Notes under the pieces: generated by a model | Told to the model about the DNA's origin: nothing | Seen by the model: only the letters and a program-made list of their open reading frames with translations | Databases searched by the model: none | In this document: piece by piece, positions 9,669 to 18,694 of the stretch | How positions within the stretch are numbered: position 1 is the first letter of the stretch | How the letters are laid out: every line of letters starts with the position of its first letter | Program-made: the position numbers and the translations under genes | Assembly (NCBI GenBank): GCA_043814055.1 | Contig: JBDRKL010000010.1 | Location: forward strand, 1 to 64,000 | DNA from: an archaeon | Lineage (GTDB): Archaea > Undinarchaeota > Undinarchaeia > Undinarchaeales > JBDRKL01 | DNA: 64,000 nucleotides | Direction of reading: 5' to 3'

Positions 9669-10868
9669 CTAAACATTCTCCTTCATTTCTTCTTTAAAGC
9701 ACTTCAGCTTCGCGATAGGGCTCATCTTCCTAAGATCAACCACGGTTTTTTTCAGCGCTTCTATTGTCTTTTTTATGTCCCCTGTGCTTGTGCCTTTTCC
9801 TGTTGTTAGGCGCATTGAGCCGTGCGATATCTCGTCCGGAAGCCCAATCGCCTTGAGCACGTGGCTGGTTTCAAGTGTGTGCGATGAGCAGGCTGAAGCA
9901 GTTGAAGCCGCTATGCCCATCCCGTCAAGCTTGAGCACTATTGCTTCCCCCTCTATGCCACCGAAGCAGAAATTCGCGTTGTTGCAGAGCTTCTTGCTCT
10001 TGTCTTTTGGTCCATTGAGCTGGTAGTCCTCTATATTGTCCTCAACTCCCTTTATCAGCAGGTCGCGCGTCTTTGCCATTTGCTCTATATGAGCCGGCTT
10101 CATTATCTCAACTGCTTTTGCAAAACCTACAATTCCAGGTATGTTCTCGGTGCCGCTGCGCTTGTCCCTTTCGTGCCCGCCGCCGTGCTGCCAGCACCCA
10201 ATCTTTGTGTCGCTCCTGGCGTAAAGCGCTCCGACACCTTTCGGTCCGTAAATCTTGTGCGCGTTAATAGTGATTAAGTCCACAGGGGTTTTTGAAACAT
10301 CAAGCGAAACTTTCGTGAAGCTCTGGCACGCGTCAGTGTGAAACAAAACTCCGTGGTCTTTGCAGATTTTGCCAAGCTCATCAAGGTCCTGTATTGTTCC
10401 GATTTCATTGTTCCCGTGGATTATTGAAACAAAAACCGTGTCCTTGCGCAGCGCGCTTTTAAGGTCTTCGGGCCTAACGAACCCTTCCGGGTCAACTCCA
10501 AGGTATGTGACCTCAAAGCCCTGTTTCTCAAGCCACTTCGCCCCGCGGAGCACGCAGTCGTGCTCTATTTTTGAAACTATAACGTGCTTTCCCTTGTCCT
10601 TGTTTACAAATGCGCAGCACTTGAGCGCCCAGTTGTTTGACTCAGTGCCGCCTGATGTGAAATAAATTTCCTCAGGTTTTGCCCCGAGCTTTTCCGCAAT
10701 CTTCGCGCGGCTCTGCTCCATTGCTTCCTTGGCCTCCTGGCCGAAGCTGTGGATTGATGAAGCATTGCCGTATTTCTCCAGAAAATAGGGCTGCATCGCC
10801 CTGACTACTTCAGGGTCTGTCGGCGTGCTCGCGCCGTAATCTAAGTATATTCTCCTATTGCTCAGCAT
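9669..10868 (-). CDS. iscS: Cysteine desulfurase IscS/NifS
   Basis: IYLDYGASTP, FTSGGTESNN, AHKIYGPKG (PLP Lys) and STASACSS (catalytic Cys). Confidence 0.95.
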   Translation of the reverse strand: MLSNRRIYLDYGASTPTDPEVVRAMQPYFLEKYGNASSIHSFGQEAKEAMEQSRAKIAEKLGAKPEEIYFTSGGTESNNWALKCCAFVNKDKGKHVIVSKIEHDCVLRGAKWLEKQGFEVTYLGVDPEGFVRPEDLKSALRKDTVFVSIIHGNNEIGTIQDLDELGKICKDHGVLFHTDACQSFTKVSLDVSKTPVDLITINAHKIYGPKGVGALYARSDTKIGCWQHGGGHERDKRSGTENIPGIVGFAKAVEIMKPAHIEQMAKTRDLLIKGVEDNIEDYQLNGPKDKSKKLCNNANFCFGGIEGEAIVLKLDGMGIAASTASACSSHTLETSHVLKAIGLPDEISHGSMRLTTGKGTSTGDIKKTIEALKKTVVDLRKMSPIAKLKCFKEEMKENV

Positions 10869-10876
10869 TTTAATAA

Positions 10877-10899
10877 TTAACGATTGTTAAGTTTATAAA
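10877..10899 (-). promoter_or_regulatory. iscS promoter: TATA box TTTATAAA (10892-10899) and palindrome TTAACGATTGTTAA (10877-10890)
   Basis: TATA lies about 27 nt from ATG 10868, implying a leaderless mRNA. The near-perfect inverted repeat lies between TATA and start. Confidence 0.5.
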
Positions 10900-10958
10900 G
10901 GTTTTGAATTAGGTTTTTAAGTGAGTATTTATAAATTAGCAGTGTCTACCTAAAAACC

Positions 10959-11405
10959 ATGCAAAAAATAATGCTCATGGGTGTTTTGGTTGTTTTAGTA
11001 ATATTTATCTCTGTATGTGTTAGCAGTGACGTCGTTGAGATAAGGATACCCAAATCTTCAACAAATCTAGAGGACTACTGCACTGTTGACACGGACTGCA
11101 AAATTCAAGGGGGGACATGCGGCAGTAGAAGCTGTGTCCATGTGGATAAGCCGGACAGCTCACGTGAGCTTGATTATAATTGCCCGTCAACTTCCCTACG
11201 CTCCTATCCTGCGTTACTGTACTACGACCCTCCAATATATTGCGCCTGCGAGGACAGCGAATGCACTAGTAATATAGATACTGAATATATTTGCAATCAA
11301 TACTGCAAGCTCTTTGGGAACGATTCCTACAAAGGCACCAAAGAACTAAAATCTTATTGGGATAAACTTGAATGTAGTGAGGAGATCGAATGCGACGCCA
11401 TATGA
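10959..11405 (+). CDS. Cys-rich secreted/lipoprotein
   Basis: Hydrophobic N-terminus ending ISVC; CxxDxDC and CxCxxxxC motifs. Confidence 0.7.
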   Translation: MQKIMLMGVLVVLVIFISVCVSSDVVEIRIPKSSTNLEDYCTVDTDCKIQGGTCGSRSCVHVDKPDSSRELDYNCPSTSLRSYPALLYYDPPIYCACEDSECTSNIDTEYICNQYCKLFGNDSYKGTKELKSYWDKLECSEEIECDAI

Positions 11406-11767
11406 AAACTAAAACCCTAATCCCAATCCTGCTGATAATAGTAATCCTAGCCAGCGGCTGTGTTGGTGGTCAATCCTGTGATGGTCCAGGAGAATTCACG
11501 AAAACAGAATGCTGCAGCGGTTTGGTCCGGTTCGAGTTTGCTTTAACCACAGAGCACGAGCCAAAAGAATTTTGTGTCAACGAGCCAGAAGAATTTTGTT
11601 CCACTGGTGATTGTGTACTCGCTGGTGAGTGTGTAGGTCCTGGAGAATATTTTGTACTGGATTTCAATTCTGAAAATCCATATGGGTGTTGCGAGGGTTT
11701 GGATAATATCTGGAGGACAGATTCAGACGGTTATTGTGTCTATGAATGGCTTGATGATGAAAACTAA
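11402..11767 (+). CDS. Cys-rich lipoprotein
   Basis: ATG 11402 (ATGA overlap). Lipobox-like ILASGC. Duplicated C-x-GPGE...CC-x-GL unit. Confidence 0.7.
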   Translation: MKTKTLIPILLIIVILASGCVGGQSCDGPGEFTKTECCSGLVRFEFALTTEHEPKEFCVNEPEEFCSTGDCVLAGECVGPGEYFVLDFNSENPYGCCEGLDNIWRTDSDGYCVYEWLDDEN

Positions 11768-11855
11768 AACATATTTCATTGCACTGCTTGTTGCAGTCAT
11801 ACTGGTGAGCGGTTGTATCGGCGATTCAAGCGCGCAGTGCGATGATAATGCTTGA
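11757..11855 (+). pseudogene. Truncated lipoprotein remnant (signal peptide plus ~12 aa)
   Basis: MKTKTYFIALLVAVILVSGCIGDSSAQCDDNA*. Shares the 5' sequence atgaaaactaaaac with 11402. Confidence 0.5.
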
Positions 11856-11934
11856 TCCCGCGTCTTGACAATCACACGCACGGCTACTGCCTCTACCCAA
11901 CGTATTTAAATAGCAATTCTACTTTAACTTAACT

Positions 11935-14535
11935 ATGGCTTCAGACCCAAAGTTGGTGCAGTATGTCCGGGATCAGCTCACAGCTGGTTACATGCTTTCT
12001 GCAATAAAGGAAGAGCTCCTGATTTCTGGCTACTCGCCTAGAACTGTCCAAGACGTTATCTTAGAAGTGCACGGTGCAAATATCCCTTCTGCCGCTTCCG
12101 CAGGGTCAATCTCTTTGCCTCAAATACCTTTTGCGCCGCTTCATCCGCCAAGGGTCTCTGAACTAAAGCAGGGTCCGCCCAGGCCAAGCAATGTTCCGAA
12201 ATTTGCCGCGGCTGGGCTTCTGGTTATTATTTTTGTTGCAGTCGCATATGGTTTTGGCTTGTTCCCTTCCGGCGGCTCCACAGTGAGTCTCGGCGAGCTT
12301 GAGATTGGGGAAAGCGTGGAATTCACTGTTGACGGCGACGCCCACTCGCTTGAGCTGGAGGATGTTGGCGACGATTATATTGATGTCTTGGTGAGCTCAG
12401 AGCCCCAGCGATTCCGAATACTGGTTGGGGAAACTAGGGCTGTTGATTTGGACGGAGACGATGTTGATGATATCACTATAACCTTGAACTCAATAGAAGA
12501 CGGCAAACCTGACGTAGACCTGAAGAAGATCCCAAAATCCAGTAGCGGTCAGGGTGACAGCGGCTCTGGTTCTGGGAGTGATTTTGGCGGTTCATATGAA
12601 ACAGATTGCATATGCTCTGAAATCGAAAGCCCTGACGGCAAAATAATGTGCGAGGCACTGCTTAAAAACGATCAGGATATCTGCAAGCAAATAGATGTGC
12701 TGCACGATGATGCCCAGGATGAGGGTTGGTGGGACTACGAGGACAACTACGAGTACTGCTACGACAACTTTGGAATACTCGCAAAAGAAGCAGCAGTTGA
12801 GCAGAACGATGTTAACGTCTGCCATACATTCTACAACGATTATAGGTGCGAGCTTGCCAAAGGGTATGAAACTAAGCAAATCTGCAGGTATATGGAGAAA
12901 AATCTGGATTGCATAGAAAAATTGGCAATCATTAACAAAGATCCTGCAATCTGTGATCAAATAATAACCAATAAATCCGACGGGGGTCTATATTACAAGC
13001 AGAAGTGCTATACTAAGGCATATTATGCAATAATCAACAGTGGCGACAAAAGCCTTTGCTCCAGGCTTGAGGGGAGAAAGCCAGATATATTGCAATCAAA
13101 CGAGGATCCGGTTGAAAACTGCATGGGGAAAGACCCCAGCAACTGCCTAGGAGACTGCCAGTTTTACATGGCACAGGATATCAACACGTGCAGGGAAATG
13201 AAAGATAGCTACGAGAAAGACCTCTGCATTGTTGAACACGCAACCGACATTTCTCAGTGTGATGAAATTCCTAACGAGATGAGGGCAGGAAGCGTTACTA
13301 AATGTGTCTTGAATACTGCCAAGGATGTTGATGCGTGCTTTAACAAACTTCAGGGTATGCACCCGGAATTGCCTGACGCTTATTTTGAAATGCTGTGCAA
13401 TGCCCATGTGGGCACAAATACAAACAATCTTGGGCTATGCAAGGACGCTACTGAAGTTGACGCAGCTGATTTGGTTGAAAACACTAACCTCTTCGACAGC
13501 GAGGATGACATACTTGACTATGTAACCTGGGAATGCTATATGCCGATACTGCGCGAAAAACTTTCTGATTACGCGTCTGAATGCCAAGATTACACAGCAG
13601 TGCCTGATAAATCTGATGAGGATTCTGGCGATGATTCCAGCTGCACACCTGACTGGAGCTGCAGCTCGTGGAATACCTGCAGCAGTGAAGGCATTCAAAT
13701 GCGCTACTGCCGCGACCTCCATTTCTGCAACACTACGGAAGGGATGCCTGCTATACAGAGGGAATGCGAGCTGGGCGGGGGGTGTACCCCTAGTTGGGAC
13801 TGCAGCTCCTGGGGTGAGTGCAGCAATTCACGTAAAACAAGGACCTGCACTGACACAAACAACTGCGACGTTAATACCTCTAAGCCCTTTACAACAAAGT
13901 ATTGCGTGCAGGACTGCACTCCTGACTGGAACTGTAGCTCGTGGGGCGCCTGCAATGGGGGCTTCCAAAACAGATATTGTTACGACGTAAATAAATGTGC
14001 CACAAATGACGGGGCGCCTGAGACAAGGCAGTCTTGTGCGTCTGAGGATAATAATGAGAATTCAAACTGCACCCCGCTCTGGGATTGCCAGAAATGGCTG
14101 TCTTGCACCAACGGGGTTCAATCAAGGAACTGCTTTGACTGGAATTATTGTGGCACAAACGCGGGGAAGCCGGACACAAGCAGATCCTGTGATAATGATG
14201 CTCCTGTAACTGAAAACAAGCCCTGTTCTGACAATGGCGCCTGCAACGCTCTGGGCTGGTTCTGCAATAGTCCAGCTGGTGGCGATTTTATGGAAGGCAA
14301 TTGCCTGAGATACTCCCAGCTGGAATCTGATTTTATGCGCTGTGACCAAGATTTGCTGGAGCAACAACAGAATGCCTGCCCATACCCTTGCGACCACTGC
14401 AAAGCCGGAAAAATGCATTGCACATATATGAGTGATGGTGAAGGTGGTATGATAAATCTTTGCAGGGAATGCAGTACAAACAAAGAGTGTGACATGGGAT
14501 ATGAATGCCACTCCATGATGTGCGTGCCGCAGTAA
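11935..14535 (+). CDS. Membrane-anchored Cys-rich extracellular protein with thrombospondin-type-1-like repeats
   Basis: Cytoplasmic N-terminal helix bundle, one TM, Cys-spaced helical repeats, then four CTPxWxCxxWxxC...RxCxDxxxC repeats. Confidence 0.8.
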   Translation: MASDPKLVQYVRDQLTAGYMLSAIKEELLISGYSPRTVQDVILEVHGANIPSAASAGSISLPQIPFAPLHPPRVSELKQGPPRPSNVPKFAAAGLLVIIFVAVAYGFGLFPSGGSTVSLGELEIGESVEFTVDGDAHSLELEDVGDDYIDVLVSSEPQRFRILVGETRAVDLDGDDVDDITITLNSIEDGKPDVDLKKIPKSSSGQGDSGSGSGSDFGGSYETDCICSEIESPDGKIMCEALLKNDQDICKQIDVLHDDAQDEGWWDYEDNYEYCYDNFGILAKEAAVEQNDVNVCHTFYNDYRCELAKGYETKQICRYMEKNLDCIEKLAIINKDPAICDQIITNKSDGGLYYKQKCYTKAYYAIINSGDKSLCSRLEGRKPDILQSNEDPVENCMGKDPSNCLGDCQFYMAQDINTCREMKDSYEKDLCIVEHATDISQCDEIPNEMRAGSVTKCVLNTAKDVDACFNKLQGMHPELPDAYFEMLCNAHVGTNTNNLGLCKDATEVDAADLVENTNLFDSEDDILDYVTWECYMPILREKLSDYASECQDYTAVPDKSDEDSGDDSSCTPDWSCSSWNTCSSEGIQMRYCRDLHFCNTTEGMPAIQRECELGGGCTPSWDCSSWGECSNSRKTRTCTDTNNCDVNTSKPFTTKYCVQDCTPDWNCSSWGACNGGFQNRYCYDVNKCATNDGAPETRQSCASEDNNENSNCTPLWDCQKWLSCTNGVQSRNCFDWNYCGTNAGKPDTSRSCDNDAPVTENKPCSDNGACNALGWFCNSPAGGDFMEGNCLRYSQLESDFMRCDQDLLEQQQNACPYPCDHCKAGKMHCTYMSDGEGGMINLCRECSTNKECDMGYECHSMMCVPQ

Positions 14536-14538
14536 TAT

Positions 14539-14733
14539 ATGAATAACGAACTATTTACAATTGGGATTCTTGTGACTATAGTTGCTGTGAGTGGGTGCGT
14601 CAACAAACCGCTTGGAGAAGACGAATGCATCACACACGCTGATTGTTGGTATAGCAACGAGGGCGACGGCTGTATGAACAAAGAATATACTGATTTGTAT
14701 CCAACGCCTGAACCTATATTGCGATTGCATTAA
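14539..14733 (+). CDS. Small Cys-containing lipoprotein, possibly truncated
   Basis: VAVSGC lipobox-like motif; ECITHADC. Confidence 0.5.
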   Translation: MNNELFTIGILVTIVAVSGCVNKPLGEDECITHADCWYSNEGDGCMNKEYTDLYPTPEPILRLH

Positions 14734-14806
14734 TAACACGTGCACTGCGATGAGTTCTATGCCTGATTTGCGATAGCTATATAACGCCCTAAAATTTATT
14801 CAACAT

Positions 14807-15277
14807 ATGAAAAATCTCCGCAAAGGCATATCTGTTAATTTTCAGGCGCAGGATATTCAGCCAATCTGCGGGGCGCTGAAGCAAATCTATCCCGATGCGG
14901 GTGTTTCCCAGCACGCAAACAACAACTATTCCATCGCCTTAAATGGTGTGCAGGCAATTCTTTTTGAGCAGGTGGGTTTCCGCGGAATTCCGCACCTTTA
15001 CGCCAAGCTGGATGATTCTGCACTCTCTCCTGAGGATTTTTCAAAGGTTGAGCGGGTCCTAAATAGCATTGGTATTACAATTGATAAAACGTTTTTAAAT
15101 CCCGGCATACTGGCTGTGATTGGCATTGTTGGCGGCAGTATTGCAATCGGCTTCCTTGGCATGGTTTTTGGTCGGGTAATAATCTGGATTGGCATACCCC
15201 TCTTGGTCATGGCTCTGGTTCTCCTGAAATTCATACTCTTGCCAAAACTTGGGGGTTCAAATGAAAAGCCTGCTTAA
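14807..15277 (+). CDS. Hypothetical membrane protein
   Basis: Soluble N-domain plus two C-terminal TM helices; paralog-like to the next ORF. Confidence 0.65.
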   Translation: MKNLRKGISVNFQAQDIQPICGALKQIYPDAGVSQHANNNYSIALNGVQAILFEQVGFRGIPHLYAKLDDSALSPEDFSKVERVLNSIGITIDKTFLNPGILAVIGIVGGSIAIGFLGMVFGRVIIWIGIPLLVMALVLLKFILLPKLGGSNEKPA

Positions 15278-15734
15278 GGGACTTTTCTCCGCGCGGTATA
15301 CCGAGGATGAAATAGCTGGGATTTATGCAGAGCTTAAAAAAGCCTGCCCCGTCGCCAAGCTCGTTGAAGGCCAGAATGAAAAGATCATACTCCTAAACGG
15401 CAAGAAGGCCCTTATTTTTACAAACCGGCTCGGCAAATTTGTGGCAAAAATCGATGAGTTTGCCCTTACCAAGGAAGAATACAGCGTGATTCAGGAATCT
15501 CTGGGCGCGCAGGGCATAACCATATCCGCGCCTGGCTCTGAACAGGGGAAACTGCCTATGGACAAATGGCTCCGTTATAGTGTTTTTGGCTTGTTTGGGT
15601 TCGGCTTGATAGTGTCTGCAGTGTTGATTGCAATCGCTGTGCAAAGCGGTGATGTTTCAAACCAGATTTGGATGTTCCCTTTTCTCGTTCTGGTTGGATT
15701 AATCTCTTTTAACTCTATGACAAAAACAGCTTAA
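15261..15734 (+). CDS. Hypothetical membrane protein, paralog-like to the previous ORF
   Basis: Shared pattern I-x-LNG...A...F...AK(L/I)D and two C-terminal TMs. Start probably ATG 15261 after GGGGG. Confidence 0.65.
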   Translation: MKSLLKGLFSARYTEDEIAGIYAELKKACPVAKLVEGQNEKIILLNGKKALIFTNRLGKFVAKIDEFALTKEEYSVIQESLGAQGITISAPGSEQGKLPMDKWLRYSVFGLFGFGLIVSAVLIAIAVQSGDVSNQIWMFPFLVLVGLISFNSMTKTA

Positions 15735-17200
15735 TTGTTGATTCTCCACCGCGCCCCATCTTTCCCATCTTCCAGAATTATTCCAAGCTTTTCAAGCTTT
15801 TTGCGAATCTCATCGCTCTTTCCATAATCTTTCTCCCTGCGCGCGGTTTCTCTCAAGTCAATCAGCGCTTTCATATTCTCTTTAAAACTCTTCTTTTTAA
15901 CATCAAATTGCCTGGCGAGCTCAAGAACCGCGTGCTCGGTGTCTTCGCTGACCTCGTTCTTCTTCAGAATCTTAAAAATTGAGTCAAGCTCTTCAAGCGT
16001 TTCAAGGCCTGCCTTCAGCGTTGCCTTTGATGCTCCGCCCTCTGCATTCCCACCTTCCATCTGCTTATTTAAAATTTTGCTCAGGTCAAATAGCTTGGAC
16101 ATAGCTATTGAGGTGTTGAAATCGTCATCCATCGCGGCTTTGAACTCTTTCTTCACTTTCTCAAATTCTTTTAAGACTTTTTCATCAGCTTTTCCAGCCT
16201 TTGCTTTCTCAAGCGCCTGCCTCAGATTATCATAAGTGTTCTGCAGTTTTGACAGGCTCACAGCTGCCTGCTCAAGGTAAACATCCGCAAAGTCAATCGG
16301 CGAGCGGTAGTGAGTTGAAATCAAAAAGAATCTGATGGTTTTAGCGTCATATCGCTTGAGCAGCTCGCGGATTGTTGAGAAATTCTTGAGCGACTTGCTC
16401 ATCTTGGCCTTGTTCACAGTGATGAAACCATTATGCAGCCAATATTTCACGAATTTCTTCCCTGTTGCGCACTCTGCCTGCGCTATCTCGTTGCTGTGGT
16501 GCGGAAATATCAAATCCTGCCCACCGCCGTGTATATCAAACGTCTCTCCGAGGTACTTTGAGCTCATTGCTGAGCATTCTATGTGCCAACCTGGTCTCCC
16601 CTTACCCCAAGGTGAATCCCAGCTAATCTCCCCTTCTTTAGCCCGCTTCCAGAGCGCGAAGTCCAGGGGTTCGTCCTTCAGCGGGCTTGGTTCAATCCTT
16701 TTCCCAGCTTCCATCTCCTCAATCTTCATCCCTGAGAGCTTGCCGTAGTCTTTGAATTTGTTAACTGAGAAATAAACATCCCCGCCTGCTTCGTAGGCGT
16801 AGCCTTTCTCTATGAGCTTTTCAATGAGCTTAATCATCTCCCCAATGTGCTCGCTCGCTTTTGGATATTTGTCAGCTCGCTCTATGTCAAGAGAGTCCAT
16901 ATCCTTGAAATACTCTTCTGCGTATTTCTTTGAAAGCTCAAGCGGTGCAATTTTCTCTTCCTTTGCGCGGTTTATGATTTTGTCATCAACATCTGTGAGA
17001 TTTTGGATGTAAACAACCTTGAAGCCGCTGTATTCCAAATAGCGGTGAATAACATCAAACGCGACATAAGCGCGGGCGTGCCCTAGGTGCGAAAGGTCAT
17101 AAACCGTTGGTCCGCAGACATACATCCAAACCTGCCCTGGTTTAACTGGCTTGAAAGCTTCCTTCTTTCTGCTCAGGGTGTTGTAGAGATTTAAGGTCAT
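15731..17200 (-). CDS. cysS: Cysteine--tRNA ligase
   Basis: MYVCGPTVYD, HLGH (HIGH), PGWHIECSAM and KMSKS. Start is ATG 17200 (ATGA overlap with the toxin stop) or 17206. Confidence 0.97.
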   Translation of the reverse strand: MTLNLYNTLSRKKEAFKPVKPGQVWMYVCGPTVYDLSHLGHARAYVAFDVIHRYLEYSGFKVVYIQNLTDVDDKIINRAKEEKIAPLELSKKYAEEYFKDMDSLDIERADKYPKASEHIGEMIKLIEKLIEKGYAYEAGGDVYFSVNKFKDYGKLSGMKIEEMEAGKRIEPSPLKDEPLDFALWKRAKEGEISWDSPWGKGRPGWHIECSAMSSKYLGETFDIHGGGQDLIFPHHSNEIAQAECATGKKFVKYWLHNGFITVNKAKMSKSLKNFSTIRELLKRYDAKTIRFFLISTHYRSPIDFADVYLEQAAVSLSKLQNTYDNLRQALEKAKAGKADEKVLKEFEKVKKEFKAAMDDDFNTSIAMSKLFDLSKILNKQMEGGNAEGGASKATLKAGLETLEELDSIFKILKKNEVSEDTEHAVLELARQFDVKKKSFKENMKALIDLRETARREKDYGKSDEIRKKLEKLGIILEDGKDGARWRINN

Positions 17201-17475
17201 AGCCATTCATATCCTTTGCCGCGGTGGAATATCTTTGTTATCATTACTGTGCTATTTTCTACCATGTATAATATTCTATAATTTCCAACTCTTAACCTAT
17301 ATAAGTCCTCTCCCTTCTTAACGCCCTTGAGCATTTTGATGTCAGTGCCCGACCTGCTTAGGAAGGGGTCTTTTTGCAGCTGCTCAGTTCCTTTTTTTAT
17401 GCGCTGACCTGTCTCATAGTCAAGCCCTGTTATAAACTTCACAGCAGTGCTGCTTATGTTGACTTTGTAGGCCAT
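17197..17475 (-). CDS. relE: RelE/ParE-family type II toxin
   Basis: YRLRVGNYRILY and KIFHRGKGYE RelE signatures. Confidence 0.88.
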   Translation of the reverse strand: MAYKVNISSTAVKFITGLDYETGQRIKKGTEQLQKDPFLSRSGTDIKMLKGVKKGEDLYRLRVGNYRILYMVENSTVMITKIFHRGKGYEWL

Positions 17476-17663
17476 TTCACGTCGCTCAGCGGCACAAATT
17501 TGTCGTCTCTAAGTACTTTGTAGTGTTCTTCAACCAGTGATTCATATTCCAAGGCCATCATCATTTTTTTAATGATGTCATCATATGTCTCGTCCTTTGT
17601 GCCAAACTTCTTGAGCTCGTCACGCGTTTCTTTTTCTATTGCGATTGTGGTCAATTGTTCCAT
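17454..17663 (-). CDS. Putative antitoxin, ribbon-helix-helix-like
   Basis: TTIAIEKETRDELKKFG..ETYDDII. Small, acidic, overlaps the toxin start; SD GAGGTG. Confidence 0.75.
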   Translation of the reverse strand: MEQLTTIAIEKETRDELKKFGTKDETYDDIIKKMMMALEYESLVEEHYKVLRDDKFVPLSDVKWPTKST

Positions 17664-17721
17664 TATACACCTCTATTATGTTTGATTATATGTTATTATA
17701 ATGATATATAAATGTTATGTT

Positions 17722-18604
17722 TCACTTAAACAGCTCAGTGCTTAAATATTTAGCCCCTCCATCCGGCAGAAGCGTTGCAACCACGTTGCTTTCTTTCTTA
17801 TTTGCTTCTTTCAACGCAATATACATCGCAGCTCCTGAGCTCATCCCTGCAAAGATGCCTTTTTCTTTCGCAAGTAGCTGGGCTGTTCTCACTGCATCAG
17901 CTGAATAGACATCCACAATTTCATTAACAAAGCCCGGGTCAAAGATGCTCGGCGTGAACTTCTCCTGCATGTTGCGCAGTCCCTGTATCGGCTCTCCGCG
18001 CGCAGGTTGGACTGCAATGAGCTTTACTTTTGGATTTACCTCCCTTAGTCGTTTCCCAATTCCCATTATGGTTCCTCCTGTCCCAATCCCGGCAACAAAT
18101 ACATCAATCTTCGGCAACTGCTCAACTAATTCTTTCCCAGTTGTTTCATAATGCGCCCGCACGCTCGCCTCATTATTGAACTGGTCCGGCATGAAGTATT
18201 TGGAATCTTTTGCGAGTTCCTGCGCAACCTCAATCGCCCCCTCAGTCCCCAGCTCGCCGGGTGTTAAAATCAGCTCTGCGCCGAGCGCCTTGAGCCATTT
18301 GCGCCGCTCAACACTTACATTCTCTGGCATTACAAAAAGTGTTTTAAAACCCCTTTCAGCTGCGAGCATTGCAAGACCTATTCCTGTATTGCCTGATGTC
18401 GCTTCAAGAATTATTTTGTCTCCTTGAAATCCTTCCAAGAAATATTTCGCAACCCTATCTTTCACAGAGCCGCCGGGGTTGAAGAACTCGAGCTTTGCGT
18501 ATACATTATCTATCTGCAATAGTGGTGTATTTCCAATAAGCTCTGCTACATTAGCCTTAACAAAGGCCACCACCAACTTTTACAGCATTTAGTCTCATTT
18601 TCAT
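17722..18604 (-). CDS. cysM: PLP-dependent cysteine synthase (CysK/CysM family), predicted to be expressed through a +1 frameshift at 18565-18560
   Basis: IGNTPL, NPGGSVKDR (PLP Lys), ATSGNTG, GTGGT and KYLST. The catalytic frame (17722-18576) has no ATG before the PLP Lys. The SD-led ATG at 18604 is in another frame. The product family is certain; the 5' boundary is inferred. Confidence 0.85.
18557..18604 (-). CDS. 0-frame short ORF MKMRLNAVKVGGGLC* overlapping the cysteine synthase 5' end
   Basis: AAGGAGGTTT-ATG AAA ATG AGA CTA AAT GCT GTA AAA GTT GGT GGT GGC CTT TGT TAA. Confidence 0.75.
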   Translation of the reverse strand: MKMRLNAVKVGGGLC

Positions 18605-18620
18605 AAACCTCCTTAAAATT

Positions 18621-18675
18621 TGGAGCAGGGAGACAAAACACAGACATTGCTTTTTGTTACTGTGTTTGCCTCTGC
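18621..18675 (-). ncRNA. tRNA-Cys-like armless hairpin, copy 2
   Basis: GCAGAGGCAAACACAGUAACAAAAAGCAAUGUCUGUGUUUUGUCUCCCUGCUCCA; 55 nt, GCA in the loop, UCCA end. Confidence 0.65.
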
Positions 18676-18694
18676 TCCGCTGACCACTTTATTA

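Noticed and set aside
18570-18576. TTG/GTG start for cysteine synthase as given in the ORF track
   Set aside because: There is no SD upstream and it lies inside the SD-led short ORF. It is kept only as an alternative through re-initiation.
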